Positions 32,246-41,758 are shown, numbered from the stretch's first letter. The stretch: 64,000 nt of DNA from Escherichia coli (GCA_031701365.1 GCA_031701365.1_4118.1), one strand, 5' to 3'. The notes: a model not told the origin generated them from the letters alone. Made by a program: numbers and translations.

Positions 32246-32721
32246 TGTTAACAATAGTGTTGTTGGTTAGTCCATTTGTGTATTTTGTGCTGTATAATAT
32301 TTTTAGTAATGCTAATCATTTTAAATATGCACAAACAATTGCAAAACATGAAGGATTTTGGAATTTTTTCCCAGCGTTACTATGCTCATATCTATACCAT
32401 GAACGCTATTTCATTTTTCCTGAATATAAAAATTATGGTTATGATTCTAAAGTAAATGGTATAATTGAGTACTGTATAAGAAATTATATTAATAATAATG
32501 ATAACGTCCAAGTAAGAATAGGAAATGGTAATATATCAAGAATAGTTTTCATACCTGATATACAAGACCCAATATACTTATATCCATATGATTATAGTAT
32601 TAGTGTAGGTTGTTCGATACATGGTAGTAAATCTATGTACGATTATTTTATCTTACCACCAACACAAATTAGATTAATAGAAAAATATTTGAGGGAAAAG
32701 TTTGACAACAAAGATTCTTAG
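32245..32721 (+). CDS. membrane-anchored protein
   Basis: 158 aa; N-terminal TM. Confidence 0.5.
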   Translation: MLTIVLLVSPFVYFVLYNIFSNANHFKYAQTIAKHEGFWNFFPALLCSYLYHERYFIFPEYKNYGYDSKVNGIIEYCIRNYINNNDNVQVRIGNGNISRIVFIPDIQDPIYLYPYDYSISVGCSIHGSKSMYDYFILPPTQIRLIEKYLREKFDNKDS

Positions 32722-32762
32722 TATTATAATTAACACACCAAGTAACCCAAGGGGGATGGAAA

Positions 32763-33221
32763 ATGGATGTATTAGCTACAAATTTCAAACGTAATGTTGA
32801 AGAGCGTGAAGGTTATTTTAGTATTAGTGAAGTTGTCGATGACAATTTCAAACAATACATTTTTAATAGTGCAATTAAATTAAAATGCACAAAGGATTCA
32901 CCTGATCGTAGCTTTACTAAATGGATTGCATATTGGGAGGATTCACCAGTTGCAATTGAAATGACTGTGATTACAACAGTACTTGAAACTGGTTACATCA
33001 AAGCCATTATAGTTGATAAGAAAGTCCGTACTCTTGATGAAATTAATCCATATCCAGCCCGAAATTCTAAAGTTTTTGGTGTGTTGGTTGATGGTAAATT
33101 TATGATAGAAAAAGATGCAAAGGAATATGTAATTAATAAACTTCAAACTACATCAGAAAAAAAGGAAGTAGTGGACCAAAACTCTGTTGATGCAATCAAA
33201 AAAGCATGGGGACTAAAGTAA
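32763..33221 (+). CDS. hypothetical protein
   Basis: 152 aa ORF with RBS GGGGGATGG. Confidence 0.5.
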   Translation: MDVLATNFKRNVEEREGYFSISEVVDDNFKQYIFNSAIKLKCTKDSPDRSFTKWIAYWEDSPVAIEMTVITTVLETGYIKAIIVDKKVRTLDEINPYPARNSKVFGVLVDGKFMIEKDAKEYVINKLQTTSEKKEVVDQNSVDAIKKAWGLK

Positions 33222-33222
33222 T

Positions 33223-33645
33223 ATGTTCACACTAAGTAATGCAAAATATCTTTTTCTTATTAGTATTATTGGTTGGGTTATGGCTCCAGTGCTAAATGCA
33301 CTGGGGTTTTCCGATGAACATAAACTTTTAAATGTTTCAGGTTTAATTCAGGGTATTTCATGGTATACATTAATTACATTTTCAGTGTGCATCAATACAT
33401 TTGCCCGTGATTATCGACGTTTGTTATATCTGAAAGTATTTGGAACTACACGATATAGTTTTGTTTACACTTTCATTTTAGTACCGTGTATGTTATATGC
33501 ATTTGTATTTGATTACTATACATATCTATGGGTATGTGGAACTATGTTTGTTATGTTGGAATACATCAGAACTGTTCAAAACTCATATGCCGATGAGTTT
33601 CATGATCTAGAAGTTAAACGAAAATTAACGGAGCTAAACAAATGA
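33223..33645 (+). CDS. integral membrane protein (about 4 TM)
   Basis: 140 aa, multiple hydrophobic segments. Confidence 0.5.
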   Translation: MFTLSNAKYLFLISIIGWVMAPVLNALGFSDEHKLLNVSGLIQGISWYTLITFSVCINTFARDYRRLLYLKVFGTTRYSFVYTFILVPCMLYAFVFDYYTYLWVCGTMFVMLEYIRTVQNSYADEFHDLEVKRKLTELNK

Positions 33646-34067
33646 GAGGCTATAATAAGATTTGTATTTTTGTATTTTTAGTTTGTGCATTCAATTCGTT
33701 TGGTTACTACTGTACAGAAAATAATATTTCATATGGTTTAAATCCTTTGTGGTTTACAATTTCCAATGTAGCACAAATTGGTATTGCTCTTATGTCTGCA
33801 CTTATGTTCTGTCCAATTGTCACTATGGATACTGATCATGAAAGGCTTGGATTTCTCCGTGATACTGGAGACGAACCTTACAGTAGATTGATTGTGTTGT
33901 ATCCATTTATTGTTATTTTAGGTACTAACATCCAACTTGGGTCATTATCTAATAGTGTTACATCAGCAGCTATTGCTATATTTGCATTCACATTTTTTAT
34001 GGTACACAAATCAGTACTTAATTGGTATATCACAAAAATGGCAGAAGAAGGTACTAAAAATACTTGA
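33642..34067 (+). CDS. integral membrane protein (about 4 TM)
   Basis: 141 aa; stop TGA lies in downstream promoter -35. Confidence 0.5.
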   Translation: MRGYNKICIFVFLVCAFNSFGYYCTENNISYGLNPLWFTISNVAQIGIALMSALMFCPIVTMDTDHERLGFLRDTGDEPYSRLIVLYPFIVILGTNIQLGSLSNSVTSAAIAIFAFTFFMVHKSVLNWYITKMAEEGTKNT

Positions 34068-34092
34068 CATAATTTAGTATGTTATATATAAT
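34064..34092 (+). promoter_or_regulatory. sigma70-type promoter (TTGACA-17-TATAAT)
   Basis: TTGACA 34064-69; TATAAT 34087-92. Confidence 0.55.
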
Positions 34093-34126
34093 TATTTTGT
34101 TAAAAACAAATTAGAGTAAGGAACTT

Positions 34127-34378
34127 ATGAACATCGATAAGGTCAAAGAACTTAGTGCTGCACTAATTAAGAATGAAGAAGTTTGTGAAGAACTTCGCAG
34201 TACTATCAAAGTTGAGTACGCACGACTCCAAGGTATGCTTCAAGAATCAGAATGGGTAGTAACTAAATCTATCGAAGCAATCTATAAGGATATCGAATCC
34301 CTTTTCAACAAGAAAAGTAAGATTGAATCTGATTCATATAACAAACGTAAAGAGTTATCTACTGCACTTGGTATCTAA
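34127..34378 (+). CDS. small helical protein
   Basis: 83 aa. Confidence 0.5.
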   Translation: MNIDKVKELSAALIKNEEVCEELRSTIKVEYARLQGMLQESEWVVTKSIEAIYKDIESLFNKKSKIESDSYNKRKELSTALGI

Positions 34379-34384
34379 AAGTAT

Positions 34385-34413
34385 TTGACATAACAAATAA
34401 TATGGAGTACAAT
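34385..34413 (+). promoter_or_regulatory. sigma70-type promoter (TTGACA-17-TACAAT)
   Basis: TTGACA 34385-90; TACAAT 34408-13. Confidence 0.55.
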
Positions 34414-34452
34414 GTGCTCCTAATTTAATTATCAGCTAAAAAGGAAAACATT

Positions 34453-34713
34453 ATGAAATCTATTCTCGTTGCAGTTAACCTGGTTGCTTCCCCATCTTTC
34501 AACTTCAAACAAGTTGTTGCTGATAATCTGAAGAAGATCTGTCCAAACGCTGAATTGACTTTCTGTGTGTTTGATTCAGAAAAAGTAACTAAAGTTGATC
34601 TAAACTATCTTTTGAACGAAGTACAAAGCGTTTCTGGTGAAAGTAACTTAAAAGTTATTCATGAGATTGCAGAAGATTATGATGACACTCTAGTAATTTC
34701 GGAGAAATTCTAA
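34453..34713 (+). CDS. hypothetical protein
   Basis: 86 aa. Confidence 0.5.
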   Translation: MKSILVAVNLVASPSFNFKQVVADNLKKICPNAELTFCVFDSEKVTKVDLNYLLNEVQSVSGESNLKVIHEIAEDYDDTLVISEKF

Positions 34714-34718
34714 ATCAA

Positions 34719-35138
34719 ATGATTACATTCATTCAGTACTTAATCATTAAATTTTTTGGCTATTATACGATTGAGGGCAAAGCTACGCTTGCACATAAAA
34801 TCTTTGTAGCATTATGTACGGGTGATTATGACGTATTGAATAAGTACTGTAAATCTAAAGAATGTATTGATATAATGGCACTTCGTATCTATGAGTGCCG
34901 ATCCAATAGATACAATTTTTACCAGTACAGATTTGATAAAGAAGAATTTGATAGCATCAAAATGCTAAAGAATTTATGTAACAATAAAAAGAATATGCAT
35001 ATATCAGAATTTGTTGCTTTGTATTTTTATTTAAAAAGTTCATTGTATATGAACACGATGCAAAGATTCGATACTAGAATTAATGTATTCACCGATAAAG
35101 AATTTTATATATACGATAAATTCTTAGATAAGGTTTAA
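34719..35138 (+). CDS. hypothetical protein
   Basis: 139 aa. Confidence 0.5.
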   Translation: MITFIQYLIIKFFGYYTIEGKATLAHKIFVALCTGDYDVLNKYCKSKECIDIMALRIYECRSNRYNFYQYRFDKEEFDSIKMLKNLCNNKKNMHISEFVALYFYLKSSLYMNTMQRFDTRINVFTDKEFYIYDKFLDKV

Positions 35139-35139
35139 T

Positions 35140-35637
35140 ATGACAACTGTTTATATTGATAAACGATTAAATTTATTGATTACCGATTCTAGAGTTACGT
35201 CAACTATACCACGAAACTTATTTGGTTTTTTCCCACTAAGACCAAAATATCAATATGGAGTTGTTAATCAAAAAACTTTATATGTACATGACCGTTTATT
35301 CAGTGCTAGTGGGTCAGTAAGTGAAATTGATAAAGTACTGGATTGGTTAATTAATAAAGTACCAGTTATACCTGACAGAAAGTTAAGTTGCCATTGTGTG
35401 CTTCTTTCTAAAGATTATGTTATTCATATGATTTTAACTAAAGGAAAGTTTATTAAAAAACTTGAATATCTACATGAAGACTACACTTTCTTTATGGGAA
35501 GTGGTGGAGAATACATGCTAGATGCTGCTATTCATGAAGAACATACAACTTTATATGATAAAGTGTTTAGTACTTTCATGGATGTGCATAACCATGATTG
35601 CTTCACAGATGATAATATTAATGTATATCGATTTTGA
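35140..35637 (+). CDS. hypothetical protein immediately upstream of sigma factor
   Basis: 165 aa. Confidence 0.5.
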   Translation: MTTVYIDKRLNLLITDSRVTSTIPRNLFGFFPLRPKYQYGVVNQKTLYVHDRLFSASGSVSEIDKVLDWLINKVPVIPDRKLSCHCVLLSKDYVIHMILTKGKFIKKLEYLHEDYTFFMGSGGEYMLDAAIHEEHTTLYDKVFSTFMDVHNHDCFTDDNINVYRF

Positions 35638-35658
35638 TTTCGTCATTAGGAGATGTAA

Positions 35659-36624
35659 GTGAAAAAGCTTGATTTAAATACAATTGCCGAAGAAGTTCTG
35701 GATGAATGTTTTGCTAATGAAGAAGTCAACACACTAGAAGCCTTAGATTTCGTTGAAGATAAAGATGAAAATGAAGGTAAAGTACAAAGCAGTTTCAAAT
35801 ATAATATTACACTTAAGCGACCACCAAATGTTTCCAATGAAGATCTAATTCGTGATATTCAAGCTGGTATCAATGTAAAGAAAAACACTGAACTGTTAGT
35901 TCGTTACAATTATGGACTTATTATTGATGTAGCAAGTAAATGTACTTGTTATATCCCATTTGAAGATAAGATTTCATATGGTGTTGAGGGGTTCATGAGA
36001 GCACTAAAAACCTTTGATCTTAATAAGAATGTTAAGTTCATTACCTATGCTTCTTCTAGTATTTACATGACAGTTTATAACGAAAGTTCTGACGCTAACT
36101 ATATGGTACACTTCCCACGTTATATGAGTGTTCATAAGATCAAAGTAAAAAGATTCTGTCAGGAATATATGCGTAAACATGGTGTTCGCCCAACTCCTGA
36201 AATAATCTCAGAGGGTACTGGGATTGAGATTCAGCATGTTAATAACTGTTTGTTATTTCAAAGCGAATACACTTCTCTGGATGCACCATTAGACGGTGTT
36301 ACCGATGGTACACTAGGTGACATTATTCATTCACCTGCTTCTGATTTTAACCTCAATGTTGATAGTATCCGTGCACCTTTACGTTATGCTATCAATGAAC
36401 TGACCAACGAATTGAGTACTAAAGAACGTGAGATTATCCAGCGTGTTCATGGTCTAGGTGAATATGAACCTGAAACGCTTCGTGAGATTGCTGATAATGG
36501 TTTTGTTGATGATAATGGAAAATATGTTAAATCCCGTTCATCAATACACCGAAAGTACAGTGAAGCTATGCAAAAGCTTAAGAAGCTAGTACTTGCAAAA
36601 GGGTACGAATACGAAGATTTCTAA
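35659..36624 (+). CDS. sigma-70-family RNA polymerase sigma factor
   Basis: 321 aa, GTG start after AGGAG; region-2-like 'YGVEGFMRALKTFD...FITYASSSIYMTV', region-4-like 'LSTKEREIIQRVHGL...ETLREIA...SRSSIHRKYSEAMQKLKKL'. Confidence 0.6.
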   Translation: MKKLDLNTIAEEVLDECFANEEVNTLEALDFVEDKDENEGKVQSSFKYNITLKRPPNVSNEDLIRDIQAGINVKKNTELLVRYNYGLIIDVASKCTCYIPFEDKISYGVEGFMRALKTFDLNKNVKFITYASSSIYMTVYNESSDANYMVHFPRYMSVHKIKVKRFCQEYMRKHGVRPTPEIISEGTGIEIQHVNNCLLFQSEYTSLDAPLDGVTDGTLGDIIHSPASDFNLNVDSIRAPLRYAINELTNELSTKEREIIQRVHGLGEYEPETLREIADNGFVDDNGKYVKSRSSIHRKYSEAMQKLKKLVLAKGYEYEDF

Positions 36625-36630
36625 AGAAAA

Positions 36631-36657
36631 AAGGTTGGCTTATGCCAACCTTTTTTT
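36631..36657 (+). terminator. rho-independent terminator (AAGGTTGGC-TTAT-GCCAACCTT + T7)
   Basis: Perfect 9-bp stem and T-run after sigma gene stop. Confidence 0.7.
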
Positions 36658-36689
36658 ATGGGATGAAGTAAAAGTTTGTGATATAATTA

Positions 36690-37180
36690 TCTTGTACAAT
36701 TCTGTTGGCATGATATTCATGTACCTGATCCACTCGAAAACGTAGAGGGCAGTTGAGCAGTCCGACAGTGCGAACAGCAAAAGAAACCCGTTAGATGTGG
36801 GCATAGTTTGAACCCCTCACGGCAATGCGGCTGTATAAAGAACCACGTTAGGATAGCTGGTGGTTCCTTGATAGACATATAAGGATAACACCTTACGAAT
36901 TATCTAAGGGAGAGTTATCGAATTTTGTACAGGAAAGTTGCGTCCAAAATTTGAGTACTCACATTAAGTATTTGATTGCATAGATACTTAATGAAGATAC
37001 ACTATGTTTAAAAGTGTAGACCGTCATATGAAACTGAAGTAGAGAGAAACAGGATGACCCGCTTTCGCACTCGTTATGAGTAATCTTCAATGCAATAGCT
37101 CTGATACCATCAGCGTCAAATTTCCCTCCTTGTGGGGGGAAGAAAAATCCCTTCCTCAAATCCCGTCAATATTAAAAGTC
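36690..37180 (+). ncRNA. candidate structured non-coding RNA / non-coding island
   Basis: ~500 nt with stops in all plus frames, locally elevated GC, preceded by extended -10 (TGaTATAAT 36676-87), followed by promoter at 37182. Confidence 0.3.
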
Positions 37181-37274
37181 CTTGACAGTTATTAATCATT
37201 CGCGTAGAATACGTAGTATTAGAAGCGAACAGACATCTCGAAGAGATGGATGATTAACCATTAAGGAATATCCA

Positions 37275-37484
37275 ATGAATTCAGTAATCTTTTTAGTAGT
37301 CGCTTTCTCTGTTAATTCCGGTATACAAATAACCCCAATGAATTCCATGAATCAATGCATAGCAGTACGTGATAGTACATACGAACAAGTAAACAAAGAT
37401 ATTTGGATTACAGTTAATAAAGAACAAATGTGGTGTTACAATAGTAATACTAACACAAAGCTTATTGTAGGACAAACTCAATGA
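37275..37484 (+). CDS. small secreted/membrane protein
   Basis: 69 aa; hydrophobic N-terminus. Confidence 0.45.
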   Translation: MNSVIFLVVAFSVNSGIQITPMNSMNQCIAVRDSTYEQVNKDIWITVNKEQMWCYNSNTNTKLIVGQTQ

Positions 37485-37711
37485 GTTATGGTGTTCGTTT
37501 TGAGATTCGTTCTATTGTCATCGATGCAGAGAAACAAGTATCGTTAGATGGTGATATACGTGAAATTTATCTATCATGTATCCGTGCGAAATCTGAAGCA
37601 GATGCCTTAGTACAAATGTATAGTTTTAACTTTTCAAATGGATTCTATTTGGTACGAGTTGTTGAAGTTAAAAAAGTAATTCTTGGTTGTTGCATAGAAG
37701 GAATAATGTAA
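37481..37711 (+). CDS. hypothetical protein
   Basis: 76 aa ORF, ATGA overlap. Confidence 0.45.
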   Translation: MSYGVRFEIRSIVIDAEKQVSLDGDIREIYLSCIRAKSEADALVQMYSFNFSNGFYLVRVVEVKKVILGCCIEGIM

Positions 37712-38500
37712 ATGAGCACTATCGATGAACTGATTCAACGGAATTCAAAATATTACCAACCATCAGAAATTGTGGATAACATTACTAAATCTGAGTTTGG
37801 ACCGAACACACGCAAACTCATTCATGTAATGTCACGTGATGGCTTTAAATGTGATTGTTGTGGTGAATCAAATGTAGTATTCACTTTACACAAGCACAGT
37901 ACTAAAGAACGTTATAAATTCAGACCTTATGTACTTAAAGGGAAACGTCTTGTACGCATGACGTTAGACCATAACGTACTGGACTGTCTTCAGGGCGGTA
38001 ATGATAAAGAGAACATGACTGCATTGTGTGAAGATTGTAACGCATTACGTCAGCATAAGTTTGCTGAGTACAGTGAGTTTAAACACTGGTATCATAACGC
38101 GGATCGTTCAATCGAGCCTGACGTTAACTACTGCTTCATTGAGTACATTAAGAATGCAAAAGATACATACATTCTTAAATCAATGTCACCTATTACCGTG
38201 TTTCCTGAGAACCTATTCACTACATTAAAGAATAGTTTTATTGTAGGTGATATTGATGCATTCAAGTATTTTGACAAAGGTGCAAAACATTTTGAAATTC
38301 AATGTCTTAGTACTGCACTATGTGAACTCATTAAAATTTACATAAAAGAGTATTTGGGTATTGACAATGTACGTGTACCAGAGTATACTTTTTCTATTGA
38401 ATTCAATTGTGAATCAATCAAAGAGTTTGGAATTCTTTTCAATAAACAAATAGAACTTGCAATTCAAAACGAAATCAAGTACTATACTACTAACATTTAA
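37712..38500 (+). CDS. HNH endonuclease
   Basis: 262 aa; 'FKCDCCGES' (CxxC), 'TLDHNVLDCLQGGNDKENMTALCEDCNALRQHK' (DH...N...CxxC-N). Confidence 0.7.
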   Translation: MSTIDELIQRNSKYYQPSEIVDNITKSEFGPNTRKLIHVMSRDGFKCDCCGESNVVFTLHKHSTKERYKFRPYVLKGKRLVRMTLDHNVLDCLQGGNDKENMTALCEDCNALRQHKFAEYSEFKHWYHNADRSIEPDVNYCFIEYIKNAKDTYILKSMSPITVFPENLFTTLKNSFIVGDIDAFKYFDKGAKHFEIQCLSTALCELIKIYIKEYLGIDNVRVPEYTFSIEFNCESIKEFGILFNKQIELAIQNEIKYYTTNI

Positions 38501-38515
38501 TCAGAGGAAATTATC

Positions 38516-38698
38516 ATGCAAATCATCATTCTTATCGTTGGTATCATGTTGGGTGTTTATGGTCACTCATGGATGAACGAGAAGTTTCCTAATACGCGTC
38601 CTGAATATTGCAGTTCTAATGTATTCCAGAATGGTGAGAAACCAAAGGAAAGCATTGGTAAAAAGCTGGATAAAGTACTTGATGTGATCAATGAATAA
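38516..38698 (+). CDS. small membrane protein
   Basis: 60 aa; 'MQIIILIVGIMLGVYG'. Confidence 0.45.
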   Translation: MQIIILIVGIMLGVYGHSWMNEKFPNTRPEYCSSNVFQNGEKPKESIGKKLDKVLDVINE

Positions 38699-38708
38699 GG
38701 GCCATAAA

Positions 38709-38909
38709 ATGTTTAAACCGAATTCCAATGTTGGAAAGAAAGTTCAATTACTTGAGGATGTATCCACTCTGAGTGGGATTTTCCCAAGAGGTCACATCAT
38801 GACTATTATTGCCGAAACATCCCGTGGTTGGGACTTGGAAGATGCTGATGGTAATCGCATCCTTGAGGCTGGCTTCTATGGTCATCGTGAATATAAAATT
38901 ATCGATTAA
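38709..38909 (+). CDS. hypothetical protein
   Basis: ATG 38709 after AAGGG; track ORF 38691 trimmed. Confidence 0.45.
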   Translation: MFKPNSNVGKKVQLLEDVSTLSGIFPRGHIMTIIAETSRGWDLEDADGNRILEAGFYGHREYKIID

Positions 38910-39006
38910 GGATATAAAATGATGTTAGAGGCTATCGTTGGTATTGTTAGTTTTAGTCATCTGTGTTGCTTGCTTTGGGTATATGATGATTTTTGGTGAT
39001 TAATAC

Positions 39007-39034
39007 TTGACAGAAGATATCAGTACTGTATAAT
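39007..39034 (+). promoter_or_regulatory. CAGTACTG-class promoter (TTGACA-16-TATAAT)
   Basis: 'cttgacagaagatatcagtactgtataatgtttatatcaa'. Confidence 0.6.
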
Positions 39035-39079
39035 GTTTATATCAAACGAAATCCACTTTAACAAATGATAGGAAATATT

Positions 39080-39358
39080 ATGTCTTTTTCTAAAGAAGAA
39101 CGTGACCTTATTAAAAAAGCAATCTGGTTTTATGCTAATGAAGGGAAGTGCGATGAAGAAAAAGCACGTGAACTGTGTAATATCTTTGAGAAGAAACAAG
39201 ATCTAAAAGTGTATCGTATCCGTGATTTGGATGAAGGGGATCGTATTGTCCTAGCTGAAACAAAAGAAGAAGCAGAACAAATCTTCACTGATAAAAACGA
39301 AAATCCACATTGGATGGAAGAAGTCTGTGATGTTAAAAAAGGTACTTATATCGATTGA
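39080..39358 (+). CDS. hypothetical protein
   Basis: ATG 39080 with AGGA RBS; stop TGA embedded in next promoter -35. Confidence 0.5.
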   Translation: MSFSKEERDLIKKAIWFYANEGKCDEEKARELCNIFEKKQDLKVYRIRDLDEGDRIVLAETKEEAEQIFTDKNENPHWMEEVCDVKKGTYID

Positions 39359-39383
39359 CAGTACTGAATAATAGCAGTATAAT
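39355..39383 (+). promoter_or_regulatory. CAGTACTG-class promoter (TTGACA-17-TATAAT)
   Basis: 'ttgacagtactgaataatagcagtataatgtttatatcaa'. Confidence 0.6.
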
Positions 39384-39476
39384 GTTTATATCAAAGGGAA
39401 TGCAGTGAAAGGAAAGACAGCATAATCGTACTCGTCACTGCGTTTCCACCCTTTTAAATTAATTAAGGAATTAACT

Positions 39477-39785
39477 ATGTTTCAAACTAACACTCAAGGT
39501 TTTGTAATCATCGATTTGAATCAAAACAGCGGTTATTGGATGAAACCTACTGACGCATGTATGCAGTTTGATTTCTTAGGTTACAGAATTAGTGTAAGTA
39601 CTGGTGCTTCTGTACTGAGGGGTGGTTGTATCGTTGAACATCTGGTAACTGATCCAGAAGGTCGTGAGTATGAAATCGCAGGTTCAGTACAAGATGCCAT
39701 TATGTTTGTATGTCAGCGTGAAATGAATGGTTCGAACTCAAATGCACTGACTCATGCTCTTTCTCAAGAAGTGGAGGTTCGTTAA
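39477..39785 (+). CDS. hypothetical protein
   Basis: 102 aa; leader hairpin 39400-39440 upstream. Confidence 0.5.
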   Translation: MFQTNTQGFVIIDLNQNSGYWMKPTDACMQFDFLGYRISVSTGASVLRGGCIVEHLVTDPEGREYEIAGSVQDAIMFVCQREMNGSNSNALTHALSQEVEVR

Positions 39786-40036
39786 TGAAATACATTGTAG
39801 CAGTACTCGTCGCATTTTTACTCACTGCATGTGATGCTTCAACCAAAGAACGCACAAGTGATTTTGAACTCCCTACTGAATTAAAAGAAGCAGGATGTAA
39901 GATTTATCGTATGCAACAGGAAGGTGCTGGTGCAACGTTGTATACAGTTTATTGTCCTAATGCAAACACCAGTACTGGATACACTAGCGGAAAAACACGA
40001 ATCAACACTTCAGTGATTAATGGAGTACAACAATGA
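39785..40036 (+). CDS. putative lipoprotein
   Basis: 'MKYIVAVLVAFLLTAC|DAS' lipobox-like L-T-A-C. Confidence 0.55.
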   Translation: MKYIVAVLVAFLLTACDASTKERTSDFELPTELKEAGCKIYRMQQEGAGATLYTVYCPNANTSTGYTSGKTRINTSVINGVQQ

Positions 40037-40401
40037 GCCTTGATACAACCCGTGCAACAGATTTATTCACTCGTCTGAATGATGAAGAATATCTTGCTGA
40101 AATAAAGTACAAGCTTGAAAAACTGGCTCGAAGTGCTGAAGTAATTGAAGTTAAAGGTCATTTACCAATGGATCAATTCCATACGTTCAAAGAAGATATG
40201 GTTTATTATCCAAATGAAATTTGGATTGAGTGGGAACATTGGACTAACAAAACTCTACGCATTGAAGGTTATTGTGTGAATTATGAATCTGAACCTGGTG
40301 ATGTTACAAAAACTCTCTCCATTTGGTGTACAAAAACACATGAACTAGTTGAGGTGAATTTGAATTATATGAAAGGTTTCCGTTGGGGTGATATTCAATG
40401 A
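40033..40401 (+). CDS. hypothetical protein
   Basis: 122 aa. Confidence 0.5.
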   Translation: MSLDTTRATDLFTRLNDEEYLAEIKYKLEKLARSAEVIEVKGHLPMDQFHTFKEDMVYYPNEIWIEWEHWTNKTLRIEGYCVNYESEPGDVTKTLSIWCTKTHELVEVNLNYMKGFRWGDIQ

Positions 40402-40673
40402 TTAAAAAACTATTGACAGTTGTCTTTGTATTCTGTACAATGTTTCTTACAGCATGTAATGATGACGGCAGGTTTAGTGCAAAAGACTTAGTTCGTCAGG
40501 ATTGTAAATTCACAGGCAAGTCTTTTATTAACGAGTATGAAATATGTACACAATCAGGTCGTATCTGTGGTGGTTGGGAAAAACGTCAGGAGCGATTGTA
40601 TGTATATGAATGCCCTGGACATCACAACAAAGTACTAAGCACACACAAACTTGTTTATGATAAGGTTGAATAA
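40398..40673 (+). CDS. putative lipoprotein
   Basis: 'MIKKLLTVVFVFCTMFLTAC|NDD' lipobox-like. Confidence 0.55.
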   Translation: MIKKLLTVVFVFCTMFLTACNDDGRFSAKDLVRQDCKFTGKSFINEYEICTQSGRICGGWEKRQERLYVYECPGHHNKVLSTHKLVYDKVE

Positions 40674-40888
40674 TGACTACCAATGAAATGATGCAGGTTA
40701 TTTGGGATAAAGGTTGTGATATTAAAATCACTAGTACTGATGTTCGTGTATTCAAAACTGAATATATGGAGTACTTGGATCTTGATACTTATAATAATAT
40801 TGTATCAATTGAACACAAAGGTGCAGTACTGGAAACGATTGATGTAGTACTCAAGAAAGCTACCGACCTATTAGGAGTGGCAGTGTGA
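40673..40888 (+). CDS. hypothetical protein
   Basis: 71 aa. Confidence 0.45.
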   Translation: MTTNEMMQVIWDKGCDIKITSTDVRVFKTEYMEYLDLDTYNNIVSIEHKGAVLETIDVVLKKATDLLGVAV

Positions 40889-41039
40889 ATAACAAAGAGT
40901 GGGAAGATTACCGCAAGAAGTGCCGAGAGTTTGATAAAGAACTCACAGGTACAGTGAACGCGGTAATGTGGGTATCTGCAATTATTTCAGTACTTGGTTT
41001 GGGTGCTATTATTATTAATAAATTATTCTAAGGACTAAT

Positions 41040-41240
41040 ATGTTTACTTTATATCTTGCAGTAGTACTAACTAATGGTGAAATCACTCGCACCGTTGGTG
41101 AAGGTGTATATAAAACACCTGATCAGTGTTACTCTGCAACTCATTGGCCTCGTGATGCTGGTGATGAATCTCGCACTGAATACAAATGTATGAAGATTAA
41201 AGGTGACTTTGTAAATCTAAAGGTTATTGAGACTAAGTAA
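41040..41240 (+). CDS. small protein (hydrophobic N-terminus)
   Basis: 66 aa. Confidence 0.45.
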   Translation: MFTLYLAVVLTNGEITRTVGEGVYKTPDQCYSATHWPRDAGDESRTEYKCMKIKGDFVNLKVIETK

Positions 41241-41758
41241 TGGATATTAATGAGTTGTTGAAATTAGTGTTTAATCGTGAACGCCGCGATACAAGACCAA
41301 TTGAATATCAAGATGTGATACGCATTGAAACTGATTTCTGTTATGGTAAAACAACTCATGATCTTTTGAATCTCTCTGGAAAACGATATGCTGATATTTG
41401 TTTTTCAGAGAGAAGTGATGGTTCAGAAATAACAAGTACTGATATTGTTTGTTACGCACGCAGTGCTGATAAATCTTATGAAATAGAACTTATATATTCC
41501 CCTAGTTCTAAAACAAATCATCACCGCCATATTTTATATGATGTTTACACACCACCTGGTATTGCTGAATATTTTGTTATTGATTATAGTACTGAAGAAA
41601 ATGTGTTTCAACAAAGTTTGATTCATAACTTTGAGGTGAATGATCCATTAGTACCAAAGTTGTTCAAACTACTTGACACCATCGATGTTGACTTTGAATT
41701 TGTTATGTGCATTAGAACTTCTTTATTCAATGAATTCATGGAACTTTTTAATATATGA
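41240..41758 (+). CDS. FFQ-motif family protein
   Basis: 'TEENVFQQSLIHNFEV'. Confidence 0.55.
   Translation: MDINELLKLVFNRERRDTRPIEYQDVIRIETDFCYGKTTHDLLNLSGKRYADICFSERSDGSEITSTDIVCYARSADKSYEIELIYSPSSKTNHHRHILYDVYTPPGIAEYFVIDYSTEENVFQQSLIHNFEVNDPLVPKLFKLLDTIDVDFEFVMCIRTSLFNEFMELFNI

Noticed and set aside
36959-37159. 66-aa minus-strand ORF inside the non-coding island.
   Set aside because: No RBS or promoter context; region has stops in all plus frames and looks structural rather than coding.
36660-38500. Idea that the non-coding island plus the HNH gene is a group I intron with an intron-encoded endonuclease.
   Set aside because: No interrupted host gene is evident: the upstream sigma gene ends with its own stop and terminator, two unrelated small ORFs lie between island and HNH gene, and I could not identify P7/P3-type core elements by eye. 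Left as an unassigned non-coding island.
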